Assembly (NCBI GenBank): GCA_965223015.1
Contig: CBDCVL010000004.1
Span: forward strand, 448,767-512,766
Length of the DNA stretch: 64,000 nucleotides
Source of the DNA: Vicinamibacterales bacterium
GTDB taxonomy: Bacteria > Acidobacteriota > Vicinamibacteria > Vicinamibacterales > UBA8438
Reading direction: 5' to 3'
Shown here: one piece after another, positions 32,867 through 43,831 of the stretch
How the letters are laid out: each line of letters begins with the position of its first letter
Numbering within the stretch: the stretch's first letter is position 1
Translations under genes and position numbers: made by a program
The notes under the pieces: generated by a model
What the model was told of the DNA's origin: nothing
Seen by the model: only the letters and a program-made list of their open reading frames with translations
The model's database searches: none

Positions 32867-32969
32867 CGGGCGGGCAACTCTCAAAGTGGGTGCCCGCGAT
32901 AGAGGCCCATGCACTGGCCGAATCGCATGCACGCCACCTGGGCTCCGTCATCCTCTTGCACGTTCTGGA

Positions 32970-33260
32970 ATGAAAATGAATAGGAAGACTTTCGCCCGCG
33001 AGGGTCTGCTGGTCGTCGGCCTGGTCGGGGGCTGGTTCGTTCTTCTTCCGGTCCTGGCGTTCTTCTTCTACTCGCCCCATGAAGGGGGGCCGATCCACCT
33101 TGCTGGTCTGCTCTTGAGAGACCTGTTCGTGGATCTGCGGCCGGGCGTCTGGCTCCTCGTCTTTGCCCCCTACATCCTTTTTCAACTCGTCCGGGTTGCG
33201 CTGCCTCTAGCTGGCAAACAGCACGCCCCCAAGCAGAACGTAGAACGTGACCAGCGGTAA
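32970..33260 (+). CDS. Small hypothetical membrane protein
   Basis: Two hydrophobic segments; its 3' end overlaps the convergent gene by 54 nt. Confidence 0.45.
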   Translation: MKMNRKTFAREGLLVVGLVGGWFVLLPVLAFFFYSPHEGGPIHLAGLLLRDLFVDLRPGVWLLVFAPYILFQLVRVALPLAGKQHAPKQNVERDQR

Positions 33261-33773
33261 CTCCCCGAGCGCTACGCCGCAGAGAAAGATCCACACATTC
33301 ATTCGCAACGTTCCAGCCACGTAGCAGATGATGTCGGTCGGCACGAATGGGAACGCCGACCAGGCCACGACGATCCAGAAACCCTTCCGGCGCATCTGGT
33401 TCTCGAGCCACCGAACCCGAGTCTTGTGCCGGCGCTCGAAGAGCGCGGTGAGACCGAGAAACTCGAAAAAGAAATAGACCAGCACCGCTGAGGCGACGAT
33501 CCCGGTCAGCGAACTTGCCATGACGAACCACGGCCGGTCCGGAAACAACAGCGTGCCGACAACGATGAGCACGGTGCTCGGGATCAGCGTGAATGCCCTG
33601 ACGATGCTGAGCACGATGTATCCCAGCAAGACCGGCCCACCCGATTGACGGAGCGCGTCGACGAGCCCCTCGGGACTCGTCAGTCTGGGATTCACCGCGT
33701 AGAGTGCCAGCAGCGCCAGCGTCAACAGCACCCAGAAGACAAGTGCGACCTGGTGCGTTCTCGGCACACGCAC
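33207..33773 (-). CDS. TVP38/TMEM64 (VTT/DedA superfamily) protein
   Basis: LIPST, PFVPTDIICYVAG and multiple TM segments. Confidence 0.85.
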   Translation of the reverse strand: MRVPRTHQVALVFWVLLTLALLALYAVNPRLTSPEGLVDALRQSGGPVLLGYIVLSIVRAFTLIPSTVLIVVGTLLFPDRPWFVMASSLTGIVASAVLVYFFFEFLGLTALFERRHKTRVRWLENQMRRKGFWIVVAWSAFPFVPTDIICYVAGTLRMNVWIFLCGVALGELPLVTFYVLLGGVLFAS

Positions 33774-33969
33774 ATGGTATCCCGTCGGCTCTACACCGGG
33801 TCATGAGGGGATGTCCACTGTCGCGCGGATTCGTTTCCGGGAGTGCCACACGCTCCACCGGCGGAGGGCACGCACGCTTCCTGCAGCCTTCACGAGGCAA
33901 GACGATCGGTCCTTCTCTCAGCACGACGCTCACACTAGCAAGGGCGGCAGACTCAAGGGCCGTCCGTGC

Positions 33970-34043
33970 TCACTGTTCGCTGATCGCGTAGAGGTATCGG
34001 TGTCCGCGTAGGTAGATGTCGCTGTCCACCAACGCCGGCGAGG
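33970..34043 (-). pseudogene. C-terminal remnant of a PQQ-like beta-propeller gene
   Basis: SPALVDSDIYLRGHRYLYAISEQ*, cut at the IS5 end. Confidence 0.6.
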
Positions 34044-35131
34044 GGCGTTGGTGCATGACTCGAAACTGACCTGCGGCCGTCCCAACCCAAAGGCAACTCA
34101 CCGACCAACGCTGAACGACTCCGGCCGACCACGCTCGGTCATCTGATTCAGAACGTTGCACGCGATCACGACTTCGGTCACTCGCCCGCCTGGAGAGCGG
34201 GCGTGCAGACCACCCCCGATGATCGATTTGTACCGAAAGAAGGCATTCTCCACCCGGGCTTGCCGATGATAGGCGCTCTCTTTCTGCCACCGACGACGGC
34301 CGATCTTCTTTATCTTCGTGATCGTTCGATCTCGAGCGCTCGACCGCGGTCTCCGTCGAGACACACGGGCCGTCTTGTCTGGTGGGACCACGACGGTCGC
34401 GCCCCGGGCCGTCGCTACGTCGTAGAACCCAATCGTGTCGTAGGCTGCGTCGGCCGTGACGCGTGCGATGTCGGTGTCGACTGCTTCGATTAAGCCGATG
34501 CCGGTCGTCGCGTCATCGACCGTTGAATCGGTCAACGTGTGGGCCACGATCACCCCCGACCGGTCAACGCCAAGGTGGAGCTTCTTCCAGCCCCGCTGGC
34601 CGCGACGGCCTTGCTTCGCCGCGGCCCATTCCCCTTCGCCCACGATAGAGAGGCCGGTGCTGTCGACGATGAGATGGAGAGGCCCTCTGGCCGCGACGCG
34701 GTGCAGCGCGACGTCGAGGTGCCGACTGCGGCGAGACAGCGTGGTGTGGTCGGGCGCGTCGAGATCGACGTCTATCAAAGAGAGGACCGACCGCAAGAAG
34801 CCCTTCGCTTGGCGCAAGGGCAACCGGAAGATGAGCCGAAGCGTCAACGCGGTCGTGATCGCGAGATCCGAGAACCTCCTTTGCCCCCCGGGTTGACCGG
34901 ACGGCGACGGGCACCACGCGTCCCTCGCGTCGGCAGAGAGCCACACGGTCACGTCGCAGCGCTGCACGAGCGCTCGCTCGTACGCCCGCCAATTCCCCAC
35001 GCGATATTTCGTTTTGTACTTCGGATGAACCCTCGACTTTATGGCGAGATCGTGGACCGCCGACCGTCAATAAGACCAGCGGATCGACGATCGCCTACTG
35101 GTGCGCGGCTGCGGAGCCGTGCACCAACGCC
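34044..35131 (-). mobile_element. IS5-family (IS903 group) element; the transposase start appears mutated to ATA (35042)
   Basis: 18-bp IRs GGCGTTGGTGCA...; NW..Y..AL, PDHTTLSRR, DSTG, WKKLH and DAAYD motifs; no TSD. Confidence 0.9.
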
Positions 35132-35254
35132 TCGTCGACCCGATGTGACCGTTCGACCTTGCCGTTCAGGTGAGGCGTCCGTGGGCGGATATAGACGTGG
35201 CGGATGTCCTGGTCTTCGACGTGCCAGTGGAAGCGAGACTGAAACTCGGCCCCG
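35132..35254 (-). pseudogene. IS481-type transposase fragment
   Basis: GAEFQSRFHWHVED...IRPRTPHLNGKVERSHR. Confidence 0.8.
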
Positions 35255-35842
35255 ATAAAATGATGGGCTGAATGCTGCGTGGTCGAGACCGCTGGCACGA
35301 TCCGCGCGATCGGACGGGATGACAACGGCGATGCTTACATCAGGCTCGCCACGGAGGACGAATTTGTCTCGGTCGAGTTCGGCGCCGCCAAGGGCATTGC
35401 GCCTCAGGCCTTGATGCTCTTTTGCGCATGAAATCGCACCGACATATCAGGGCCTGGCGCAAGGATGGGAATGGGACTCGCGGTCGCCTACGATCGAGCC
35501 CACAGTGGCCTACCTCGCCGATCTCGTCATCTATCCATCGTCAGGCGGATCGGTAAACACAAGGCGACAAGGGAAGAGTAATCGGGCGCTAACCTGAATA
35601 CGCGGTCGCACTCGCGAGTATCAATCGCGTTATGAAGTTCCGCATATCCCGCCCGTTCGTCTCCACAGCGCTGGAGGGAAGCGACGGTGCTGCGCGGCTT
35701 TGTAGCCTTATTGTGTCCGCGCATCGGTCACGTTAGACTGCGGCGGTTGTTCAGGTATTGGGTTATCTCGTTCGGCCTACTGCCTGTTATACGGCCCCGC
35801 GGTTGGCTCTATGCTTCTGACCTGACGAGTCGAAGGGACGAT

Positions 35843-37142
35843 AGAGGTGGACCCCATCCTTTGGACAGGTTTGCGTCACAGCTAAGGTGGAATCCGGGTT
35901 CATGATTCACGCGACCTTGGGCTGACGGGAGACGGGGCGTAGCCCCGGGCTCCGAGCAACCCCTCCGTTAGTGTACGCCTCCTGCGGCGTCCGGTCGTCG
36001 AGCGCAGCGTGCGGTCGGCGCTCGTTGTAGAAGTCCATCCACGAGCTGATCCCACTCCGGGCCTCGGAGCCGGTGGCAAACTCGGACAGGTAGACGCATT
36101 CGTACTTGAGTGAGCGCCATAGCCGCTCGATGAACACGTTGTCCATCCAGCGGCCCTTGCCGTCCATCGAGATGCGAATGCCCGCCTCCGTGAGCACGTC
36201 GGTAAAGTCGACGCTCGTGAATTGGCTGCCCTGGTCGCTGTTGAAGATCTCCGGAGGGCCATAGCGCTCGAGCGCCGCGTGCAAGGCCTCGACGCAGAAG
36301 CGCGCATCGAGCGTGTTGGACAGCCGCCAGGACAGCACCGTGCGGCTCGCCCAGTCCATCACGGCGACCAGATACAGAAAGCCCCGCTGCAGGGGAATGT
36401 CGGTGACATCCGTGCACCACACGTGGTTCGGCCGTGTGATCGGCAAATCGCGCAGCAGGGAGGGATAAATCCGGTGCGCCGGGTGCGGCTGAGACGTCCG
36501 GGGCCGCTGGAAGAGCGCGTGCACCCCCAGCCGCCGCATCAGGCGGCGCACCCGCTTGCGAGAGACCGTGTCGCCCTGCCGGCGGAGCCAGCGTGTCATC
36601 TGACGCGAACCGAAAAACGGCGTCTCCAAAAACTGCTCGTCGATCAACCGCATCAGGCGCAGGGTCAACGGGGTCTCGCCCGTGCCCTCGTCGGAGAACG
36701 ACGAGCGGGCGATCGACACCAAGCGGCACTGCCGTACGATGCTGAGCCGTGGGTGGTTGGGATCGACCATCTCGACTCTCCGGCCGCGGCTCACCGACCG
36801 AAGGCCTTCGACAAAAAATCCCGCTCGATGACGAGTTCTCCGATCTTGGCCCGCAGCTCCCTGACCTCGGTCTCCCGAGCGGCCTCCTGCCGCTCGTGGT
36901 TCTCCGAGAAGCCGACCAGCACCGTCTGTCGAGCCTTCTTCTTCCAGTGGGCAATCAGGTTCGGATGCACATCGTAGCGGGCCGCCAGTTCCGCCATCGT
37001 CGCTTCCTCGCGAAGCGCCTCCAACGCGACCTTCGTCTTCAGCTCAGCCGGATAACTCCGTCTCTTCCGTGGCATGCCAGACTCCTTCTCCTTGGTCTGG
37101 ATCCCACCTTAACAACCTGTCCGAATTTCGGGGTCCACCTCT
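35843..37142 (-). mobile_element. IS3-family element (c); orfA 36791-37075, orfB 35907-36794 (degenerating)
   Basis: IRs AGAGGTGGACCCC...GGACAGGTT; TSD GAT; SDQGSQF and DNVFIERLW motifs. Confidence 0.92.
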
Positions 37143-37317
37143 GATGACGCTGGGGAGCGCCATAAAGAACAGGGCGGACAACAGGAGCCGCGCCCAATTC
37201 TTAGGGGATTCCTTCAAATTAGAAACCCTGTCGCATGGAGAGTATGACAAAGAACCCAGCCCCTACGACCACCAGGACCACAACAAGCATCACCCATTCT
37301 CTCGGTGCGGATGCCCC

Positions 37318-38522
37318 CGACGTCCCCCCCATTTTGAGTAGCACTTCGGTTTAGAGTCCGATCATCCGGAAAGGGAGATCGGACGTGAAGAAGCGATTTA
37401 CGGAAGCGCAGATCATCGGGTTCCTGCGGGAGGCCGAGGCAGGCCTCCCGGTGAAGGACCTGTGCCGCCGGCACGGGTTCTCGGAGGCCAGTGACTACCT
37501 CTGGCGGAGCAAGTTCGGCGGGATGAGCGTCTCGGACGCGAAGCGCCTGAAAGAGCTTGAAACCGAAAACGGCCGGCTCAAGAAGCTCTTGGCGGAATCG
37601 CAGCTCGAGATCGAGGTGACCCGCGAGGTGCTGCGAAAAAAATGGTGACCGCACCGGTTCGACGAGAAGTGGTGCGGGAGATGGTCGCGCGGGGCCTCAG
37701 TGAGCGCAGGGCCCTGGCCGTGGGGCGGATGAGCGCGTCGGCCTTCCGGTACGTGCCAAGGCCCGATGGCAATGCGGTCGTCCGGGATCGGATCGTTGAC
37801 CTGGCGCAGCGACATCGACGCTATGGGGCCGGGATGATCTATCTGAAGCTGCGGCAGGCCGGCCACGTCATCAATCACAAACGGGTCGATCGCCTGTACA
37901 CGGAGGCCCGGCTCCAGTTGAAGCGCCGTCGACGCAAGAAGATCCCGATAGCCGACCGCCAGCCCCTGGTGCGCCCCGAGCGTCGCAACCAGGTCTGGTC
38001 CGCGGACTTCGTCTTCGATCGCACGGCGGATGGGCGGGTTATGAAGTGCCTGACCATTGTCGACGACGCCACCCATGAGGCCGTGGCGATTGTCCCGGCG
38101 CGGGCCTTCGGGGGACTGCCGGTCACCCGCGTCCTGGACCGCCTGGCGATCACCCGCGGACTTCCGCAGATTCTCCGCACGGACAACGGGAAGGAGTTCT
38201 GCGGGCGCGCGATGCTCACATGGGCGCACACGCAGGGGCTGACCCTGCGTCTCATTGAACCCGGCAAACCGAACCAGAACGCCTACATCGAGTCCTTCAA
38301 CGGGCGCTTCCGCGACGAATGCCTGAACGAACACTGGTTTACGACCCTGGCCCACGCCCAGGCCCTGATCGAAGCGTGGCGCTGTGAATACAACGAGGAG
38401 CGACCGAAGAAGGGTTTGGGCGGGCTGACGCCCGCCCTCTACGCGAAGCAACTGGCCGCGGAAAGCAGTACAGTCAGCCCCGGACTCTAAAGCCGACCGC
38501 TACTCAAGGCGGGGGGATGTCG
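37318..38522 (+). mobile_element. IS3-family (IS407 group) element (d); orfA 37385-37648, orfB 37642-38490
   Basis: MKKRFTEAQII, A7 run at the orfA/orfB junction, WSADF, DNGKEF, QNAYIESFNG; IRs CGAC.TCCCCCC...GAGTAGC; no TSD. Confidence 0.92.
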
Positions 38523-38606
38523 CTGTCTACCCTGCGTTGATGGCCACCTTGGCGACCATCAACGGTGGAACCTCCACCGTCGTGCGCCCTTTGGAGGGCG
38601 GTGGGA

Positions 38607-38681
38607 GGTGGCGGCGCCGGCGCAGCGGGCACCGATCACGACGACGTCGTAGCTCTGCAGCCGTGTCGCCTCAGTCGTCAT
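38607..38681 (-). pseudogene. N-terminal fragment of an FAD-dependent oxidoreductase
   Basis: MTTEATRLQSYDVVVIGARCAGAAT Rossmann start, after which the similarity ends. Confidence 0.55.
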
Positions 38682-38931
38682 TTCGGGTCGGCGCGCTCTT
38701 GGAGATTCGTCCAGACGCCGCGTGGGGTGAGCTTACTTCATGAAGCCCGTTTGGACGCAATCTCTCACCGGCGGCTAGGAGTGAGCGACCTCCAGCGCGA
38801 CCTTGCCGCCCCTTCTTATATAGAGAGTGGCCTGTCGGTGGGGCCGTATCTTTGGCGACAGAAAGGCGATGCTTCGCCGTTTCTGGCCCAACATGGCGCC
38901 GATGCCGCTAAGTGGTGTGCTGGGAAGGAGA

Positions 38932-38979
38932 TGGCACGCCCGGCAGGACTCGAACCTGCGAGCCTCGGCTTAGAAGGCC
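38932..38979 (-). other. 3' half of tRNA-Arg(TCT), probable att site
   Basis: GGC-CTTCTAA-GCC anticodon arm, GCAGG-TTCGAGT-CCTGC T arm, CGGGCGTG-CCA end; no D arm or 5' acceptor strand upstream. Confidence 0.85.
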
Positions 38980-39125
38980 AAAAATAGTGACACGCCGGCG
39001 CATGACGTTGAATCATCCCCGGATGCCGGGCGGAATCGCTCATCACACGACGGTCATGTCTGACTGTCCGTGGCCTGTCCACACCCACCGCTTTACCCCG
39101 CCGCTAACGGGAACTTTGTACGACT

Positions 39126-40548
39126 GATATGGAGAGACCGTTGTCAAGTGTTCGTATTTGAGTCCTTTCGTGTCGGTCCGTTGAGACTCCGTCAGCTGAT
39201 CGGCCGAGCGGCAACGACGATGAATCAGTCTGATATTCGCGGGTTCGAACCGCATGTCCATGATTCGTCGGGAGCTGCCTCGCTCTAGTCGCGCGAGTTC
39301 GAGACCGGAGTCGTCTATCGCATAGTCGCCTCGAGGGTTCTCCTTTCGACGTCGGCCGATCAGATCACGGCGTCAAGGCCGCCCACAGAAAGCCGCTGAG
39401 TTCGCGTGCGACCGCCGTGACGACCTTCGGGCGGGACTTGCCGCGTTCCGTGAGTCGGCGAAAGCGTCGGCATAACCGTTGTTGGGCGGTCCACGCAAGT
39501 GCGACGCTCGTCGCAGCCGCCGCCTGTTGCCGTCTGCGGAGGCGTTCACCGACGAACGGGTGATGGCGATAGTGCCACGCCGCCTCGATCAAGACTCGGC
39601 GCAGATGGGCATTGCCGGTCTTGGTGATGGCGCCACGCGCGCGGCTCCCCCCACTCGAGTGTTCGGAGGGGACCAAGCCGACAAAGGCCATCACACTCGG
39701 GGCGGTCGGAAACCGCCGCGGGTCGCCCAGCTCGGCCGCGACCGTCAACGCCGTGAGGTCATCAATGCCCCGGAAGCAGCGGAGCCGCATCACCCGGTCC
39801 CGCAAGGGCTCGAGGACGAGGAGTTCGCGCAGGTCCGCTTCAACCTCCTGCATCCGTGCCACCGCGTCTTCAACCGCGCGCCGATACGCCCGGTACGTCT
39901 GGTCGAGGGCGGGGAGCGCCCAGCGCTGCGTCTGCAGCCAGGCGGCATGCCGTTGCGTCCACGCCGTGCCGGCCGTGAAGCGCCGGCCATGCCGGAGCAG
40001 GAACTTCGACAGCCGATGGCGGGCGCGGACGACGTCCGCCAGGAAGGCTTCCCGACACCGCAGCAGATCGCGCGCCGCCTCTTCCTGTTCGGTCGGGATA
40101 TGAATCGCCGTCAGGGCCCCGGCGCGGTACAACACGGCCAGCTGCCGCGCGTCCCGCCGGTCAGTCTTGATGCGATCACCGGGCCGGCGTGGGATGAGCG
40201 TGGGCGCCCTGATCTCACAGGGCACGTCCTTCGTGTTCAGATACCGCTGCAACTCGAAGCCACACGGTCCCGCCTCGTAGCAGCACCGCACCGGCCCTTG
40301 CCCTTGCACACGCTTCACGAACCGACCAATCGTCGTGACGTCCGAACTCAGCTCCTGCGTCGCCGCTGTCTGATGCTCCGGCAGCAACACTGCGGCCATC
40401 ACCGATGCGGCGTGCTGATCGAACGCAATGATGGTTGTAGACTCACCCATGACCGACCTCCTTTGTATGCGGCTCTGCGTTGAGCTGTCGCAGGTCCAAC
40501 GTAACCCGCGACCGATGCAAAGCCGAGGTCGGTCTCTCCATATGGTCT
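39126..40548 (-). mobile_element. IS110-family (IS1111 group) element, recombinase 39365-40450
   Basis: DEDD domain (AFDQH, YEAGP, KTDRRDA) and GLVPSEHSSG; subterminal 14-bp IRs at 39127-39140 and 40530-40543; CT core at both junctions. Confidence 0.92.
39196..39363 (-). ncRNA. Predicted bridge/seek RNA of the IS1111-type element
   Basis: Closed by a perfect 12-bp stem; contains CGACTA and CGACTAG (target match) and ATATCAGAC (circle-junction match). Confidence 0.75.
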
Positions 40549-40803
40549 AGTCGGGCAACCCGATAACCGATTGGACCCTTGATTTCGCACGCCACATCCC
40601 GGTGGGTATCCCGTCCACTGTGTGCTCCTGGACGATCAGCGTAAGGGCTTGACTGCGCACGCGTTGCATGGTCCACACCGTGGGCCCAGACTTCACTTCC
40701 AGGCGGTGTCGAGCGAAGCTGTGACGACGGGGTCCGAGGGTTGATTCCCGAAGTACGAACGCCTGCTGGTACTTGCCAGACGGGCGAGAAAGGAGCACGC
40801 GAC

Positions 40804-41844
40804 ATGGCTGGAACGGGACGCATCTACCAACGGGGACATCACTACTACATCGCCTATCGCTGGGATGGTCGGGAGTATCGAGAGAGCGCCCGGTCGTCGG
40901 ACCGGGCGGTCGCGGAACGGCTGCTTGCCCAACGGCTTCTCGAACGAGCCGCTGACGACACGACGAGTGATCCGACCTTCGACACGCTCGCCGCATGGTA
41001 TCTGGACGACTACGTGGTGCGGGGCCTGCGGACACTCGACACGGCACGCGGCCGGGTGGCGAATCTCCGGTCGGTCTTTGGCGGCCGGGTGGCCACCGCG
41101 ATCACGACGACCGCGATTCGGGCGTACCAACGACATCGACGGGAAGCCGGCGCGGCGGCCGCCACGGTGAATCGTGAGACCTCGGCGCTCAGCCGGATGT
41201 TTCAGTTGGCGGTGAGAGCCCGGCGGCTGCCGGAGCGGCCCGTGTTCCCCGAGCGACTCGAGGAGAACGGGCCACGCCAAGGGTTCTTCGAACACCGGGA
41301 GTACGAAGCGGTACGGCGACATCTGCCCGCGCCCTATCAGGACGTCTTGGACTTCGCCTACATCAGCGGTTGGCGCAAGCGGGAGATCCTCGACCTGCAG
41401 TGGAGCGAGGTCGACGAGCGAGGAGGTGTCGTGCGGTTGTCACCCGCACGCTCCAAGACACGCCAGGGGCGTCTCTTGCCGATCTCCGCGCCGATCGCCG
41501 ACGTGCTCAGCCGCCGACGGGCACTCCGGCGGACTGGGGAGTCGCGGGTGTTCAATCGGGATCACACGACCGTGCGATCGTGGCGCCGCGCGTGGCCCGA
41601 GGCGTGTCGGCGCGCCGGGGTTCCGGGACGTCTGCTGCACGACTGCCGTCGCACCGCGGCGCGCAACCTCGTGCGGGCCGGCGTGCCGGAACGCGTGGCG
41701 ATGATGCTGACGGGACACAAGACCCGGGCTGTGTTCGACCGTTACCACATCGTGAACGAGCGGGAGCTCCACCAAGCGGGCGCCCAACTCGTGTCGTTTC
41801 TCCGAACACAGCCTGGCGTGCACGGCGACAACGCAAGGGTATGA
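40804..41844 (+). CDS. Tyrosine integrase 1
   Basis: SGWRKRE, K, HDCRRT, TGH and RY catalytic set; arm-binding-type N-terminus; AAGGAG RBS. Confidence 0.93.
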   Translation: MAGTGRIYQRGHHYYIAYRWDGREYRESARSSDRAVAERLLAQRLLERAADDTTSDPTFDTLAAWYLDDYVVRGLRTLDTARGRVANLRSVFGGRVATAITTTAIRAYQRHRREAGAAAATVNRETSALSRMFQLAVRARRLPERPVFPERLEENGPRQGFFEHREYEAVRRHLPAPYQDVLDFAYISGWRKREILDLQWSEVDERGGVVRLSPARSKTRQGRLLPISAPIADVLSRRRALRRTGESRVFNRDHTTVRSWRRAWPEACRRAGVPGRLLHDCRRTAARNLVRAGVPERVAMMLTGHKTRAVFDRYHIVNERELHQAGAQLVSFLRTQPGVHGDNARV

Positions 41845-41922
41845 GGCTCGCTCGCGCGTCAGTCTGATAGCGGGTACACTTCAGTCGATTCTGTTGTCTT
41901 CAGACTGGCGTGGGGGAGTTCT

Positions 41923-42402
41923 ATGTGTGACGAGTACACATCCAACGATGGGACCGCAGAGGCGAGAAGGCGAGCGGTTCAGACGATTCACGACGTCTTG
42001 GCCAGCGTTGAGCGTACCGACCCGGTGGGTGCGGCTCGAGGCCGGCGCGCGTTGCGCGAGCTGGCGCCCAGGCCAGCAGGCCGGCCGCCGAAGGTGGGCG
42101 TGGGAGGGTGGAACCACCAAGACGTTCTCGCTCGGAAGGTCCGCAGCATCCTCCGCCATCGCCGCAAGGGTGACCCGCAGTCGGTGACGGAAGGTGTCGA
42201 CAAGATTCTCGCCTTGGCCTCCCGTCTCGTTCGACCTCGCGTCCTGGCTGATGCGGATAAGACACGACTCCTGAGACTTGTGCCGAAGAGGAAGCCGTCT
42301 GAGATTATCCGCGTGCTGCTGAGCCTTCGGTTCAATCTCCCTGACCACACGATTCGAGATCTCCAGAAACAGTCGCATATCGCCAAGCTTCGCTGGGGTT
42401 AG
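41923..42402 (+). CDS. Basic hypothetical protein
   Basis: 159-aa ORF with a GGGAG RBS, co-oriented between the integrase and the methylase. Confidence 0.5.
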   Translation: MCDEYTSNDGTAEARRRAVQTIHDVLASVERTDPVGAARGRRALRELAPRPAGRPPKVGVGGWNHQDVLARKVRSILRHRRKGDPQSVTEGVDKILALASRLVRPRVLADADKTRLLRLVPKRKPSEIIRVLLSLRFNLPDHTIRDLQKQSHIAKLRWG

Positions 42403-42577
42403 GTTTCCAGCGGTGACAAAACCGCATCGGGTTTTGTGCACCACTTCACGCGCTACCTTCTGAAAGGTGCGTGACGCCGCCGTCTCCGGCTGACTGTAAT
42501 CCATCCGGACTCCGGTCCAAGGACATCACGCACCTCCGCCCTGCTCATGAGGAGCAGAGGCTTTCTGGAGGTGAACG

Positions 42578-43831
42578 ATGAAGAGCAAGCCGACACCACC
42601 CCCCCCTTTGCGGACTCTGTCTGACCTGACGAGCGATCCACGCAATGCGAATCGAGGGACCGCGCGTGGCCGCGAGGCGCTTGCCGACTCCCTCCGAGCA
42701 TACGGAGCGGGTCGTGCTGTCCTGGTCGATCGACATAGTGTCGTGATCGCCGGCAATAAGACGGTCGAGGAGGCGAAGGTACAGGGGCTCGGACTGCGGA
42801 TGATCGAGAGCAATGGCGCTGAACTCGTTGCGGTCAGGCGATCAGACCTTGACCTGGCGTCGGACGCCCGGGCACAGGCGTTGGCCATCGTTGACAACCG
42901 AGTTTCTGAGCTCGGACTCGAGTGGGATGAGGCGGTGCTCCGGGACCTCGACGAAGCAGGGGTCGACTTGTCAAACTTCTGGTCGGATGACGAGTTCGCG
43001 GCGCTGCTGGCGACACCAACAGCCGGCTTGATCGATGAGAACGCCGCGATCACACCTGGGCCCACCTCCTTCGTCCGCGGGGACCTTGTCGTGCTGGGTC
43101 GTCATCGACTCCTGTGCGGTGATGCTACGTCGGGTGAAGATGTCGAGCGGCTGCTCGATGGGGCCACGCCGCTACTCATGATTACTGACCCCCCGTATGG
43201 CGTGGATTACGACCCCGGCTGGCGACACCAGGTGTATCCGGGGCAACGGACCGCCGTCGGCCGCGTCGCCAACGACGACCGACCAAATTGGACTGAGGCG
43301 TGGCAGTACTTTAAGGGCGACGTGGCGTATGTGTGGCACGCGGGGCTTCACGCCGGCACCGTGGCCGCGAGTTTGGACGCGGCCGAGTTCGACGTGCGCA
43401 GTCAGATCGTGTGGGTGAAGCCGCACTTCGTCCTCAGCCGCGGCCACTATCACTGGCAACACGAGGTGGCCTGGTACGCGGTCCGTCGCGGCGCCACCGC
43501 ACACTGGTGCGGCGACCGGCGCCAATCCACGGTCTGGGAGGTGCCCGGCCTGAACCCGATTGGCCAGACTGGGTCGCCGGAGAATACGGTCACCGGGCAT
43601 GCGACACAGAAGCCGATCAAGCTCTTCGAAATTCCCATCCTGAATCATACGCAGCGGGGGGAGACAATCTTTGAGCCGTTTTCCGGAAGTGGCTCGGCCA
43701 TTGTCGCGGCGGAGAAGACGGGGCGGACCTGCCTGGCGTTGGAGATTGATCCCCGGTATGTGCAAGTGGCGGTCTCGCGCTGGGAGGCTTTCACCGGCCA
43801 ATCGGCGACTGTGGTAGGAGGTGGGCGATGA
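42578..43831 (+). CDS. ParB-like domain fused to an N6/N4 DNA methyltransferase (phage type)
   Basis: DPRNAN...VIAGN...DNR; HRLLCGD, TDPPY, HATQKP and EPFSGSGS motifs. Confidence 0.9.
   Translation: MKSKPTPPPPLRTLSDLTSDPRNANRGTARGREALADSLRAYGAGRAVLVDRHSVVIAGNKTVEEAKVQGLGLRMIESNGAELVAVRRSDLDLASDARAQALAIVDNRVSELGLEWDEAVLRDLDEAGVDLSNFWSDDEFAALLATPTAGLIDENAAITPGPTSFVRGDLVVLGRHRLLCGDATSGEDVERLLDGATPLLMITDPPYGVDYDPGWRHQVYPGQRTAVGRVANDDRPNWTEAWQYFKGDVAYVWHAGLHAGTVAASLDAAEFDVRSQIVWVKPHFVLSRGHYHWQHEVAWYAVRRGATAHWCGDRRQSTVWEVPGLNPIGQTGSPENTVTGHATQKPIKLFEIPILNHTQRGETIFEPFSGSGSAIVAAEKTGRTCLALEIDPRYVQVAVSRWEAFTGQSATVVGGGR

Noticed and set aside
34027-34053. Hairpin CACCAACGCC...GGCGTTGGTG suggesting a second IS5 end
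   Set aside because: The left arm is coding sequence of the PQQ remnant (ALVD), so it is most likely coincidence.
38932-39010. Intact tRNA-Arg gene
   Set aside because: The upstream sequence gives no D arm and no strand complementary to the acceptor stem.
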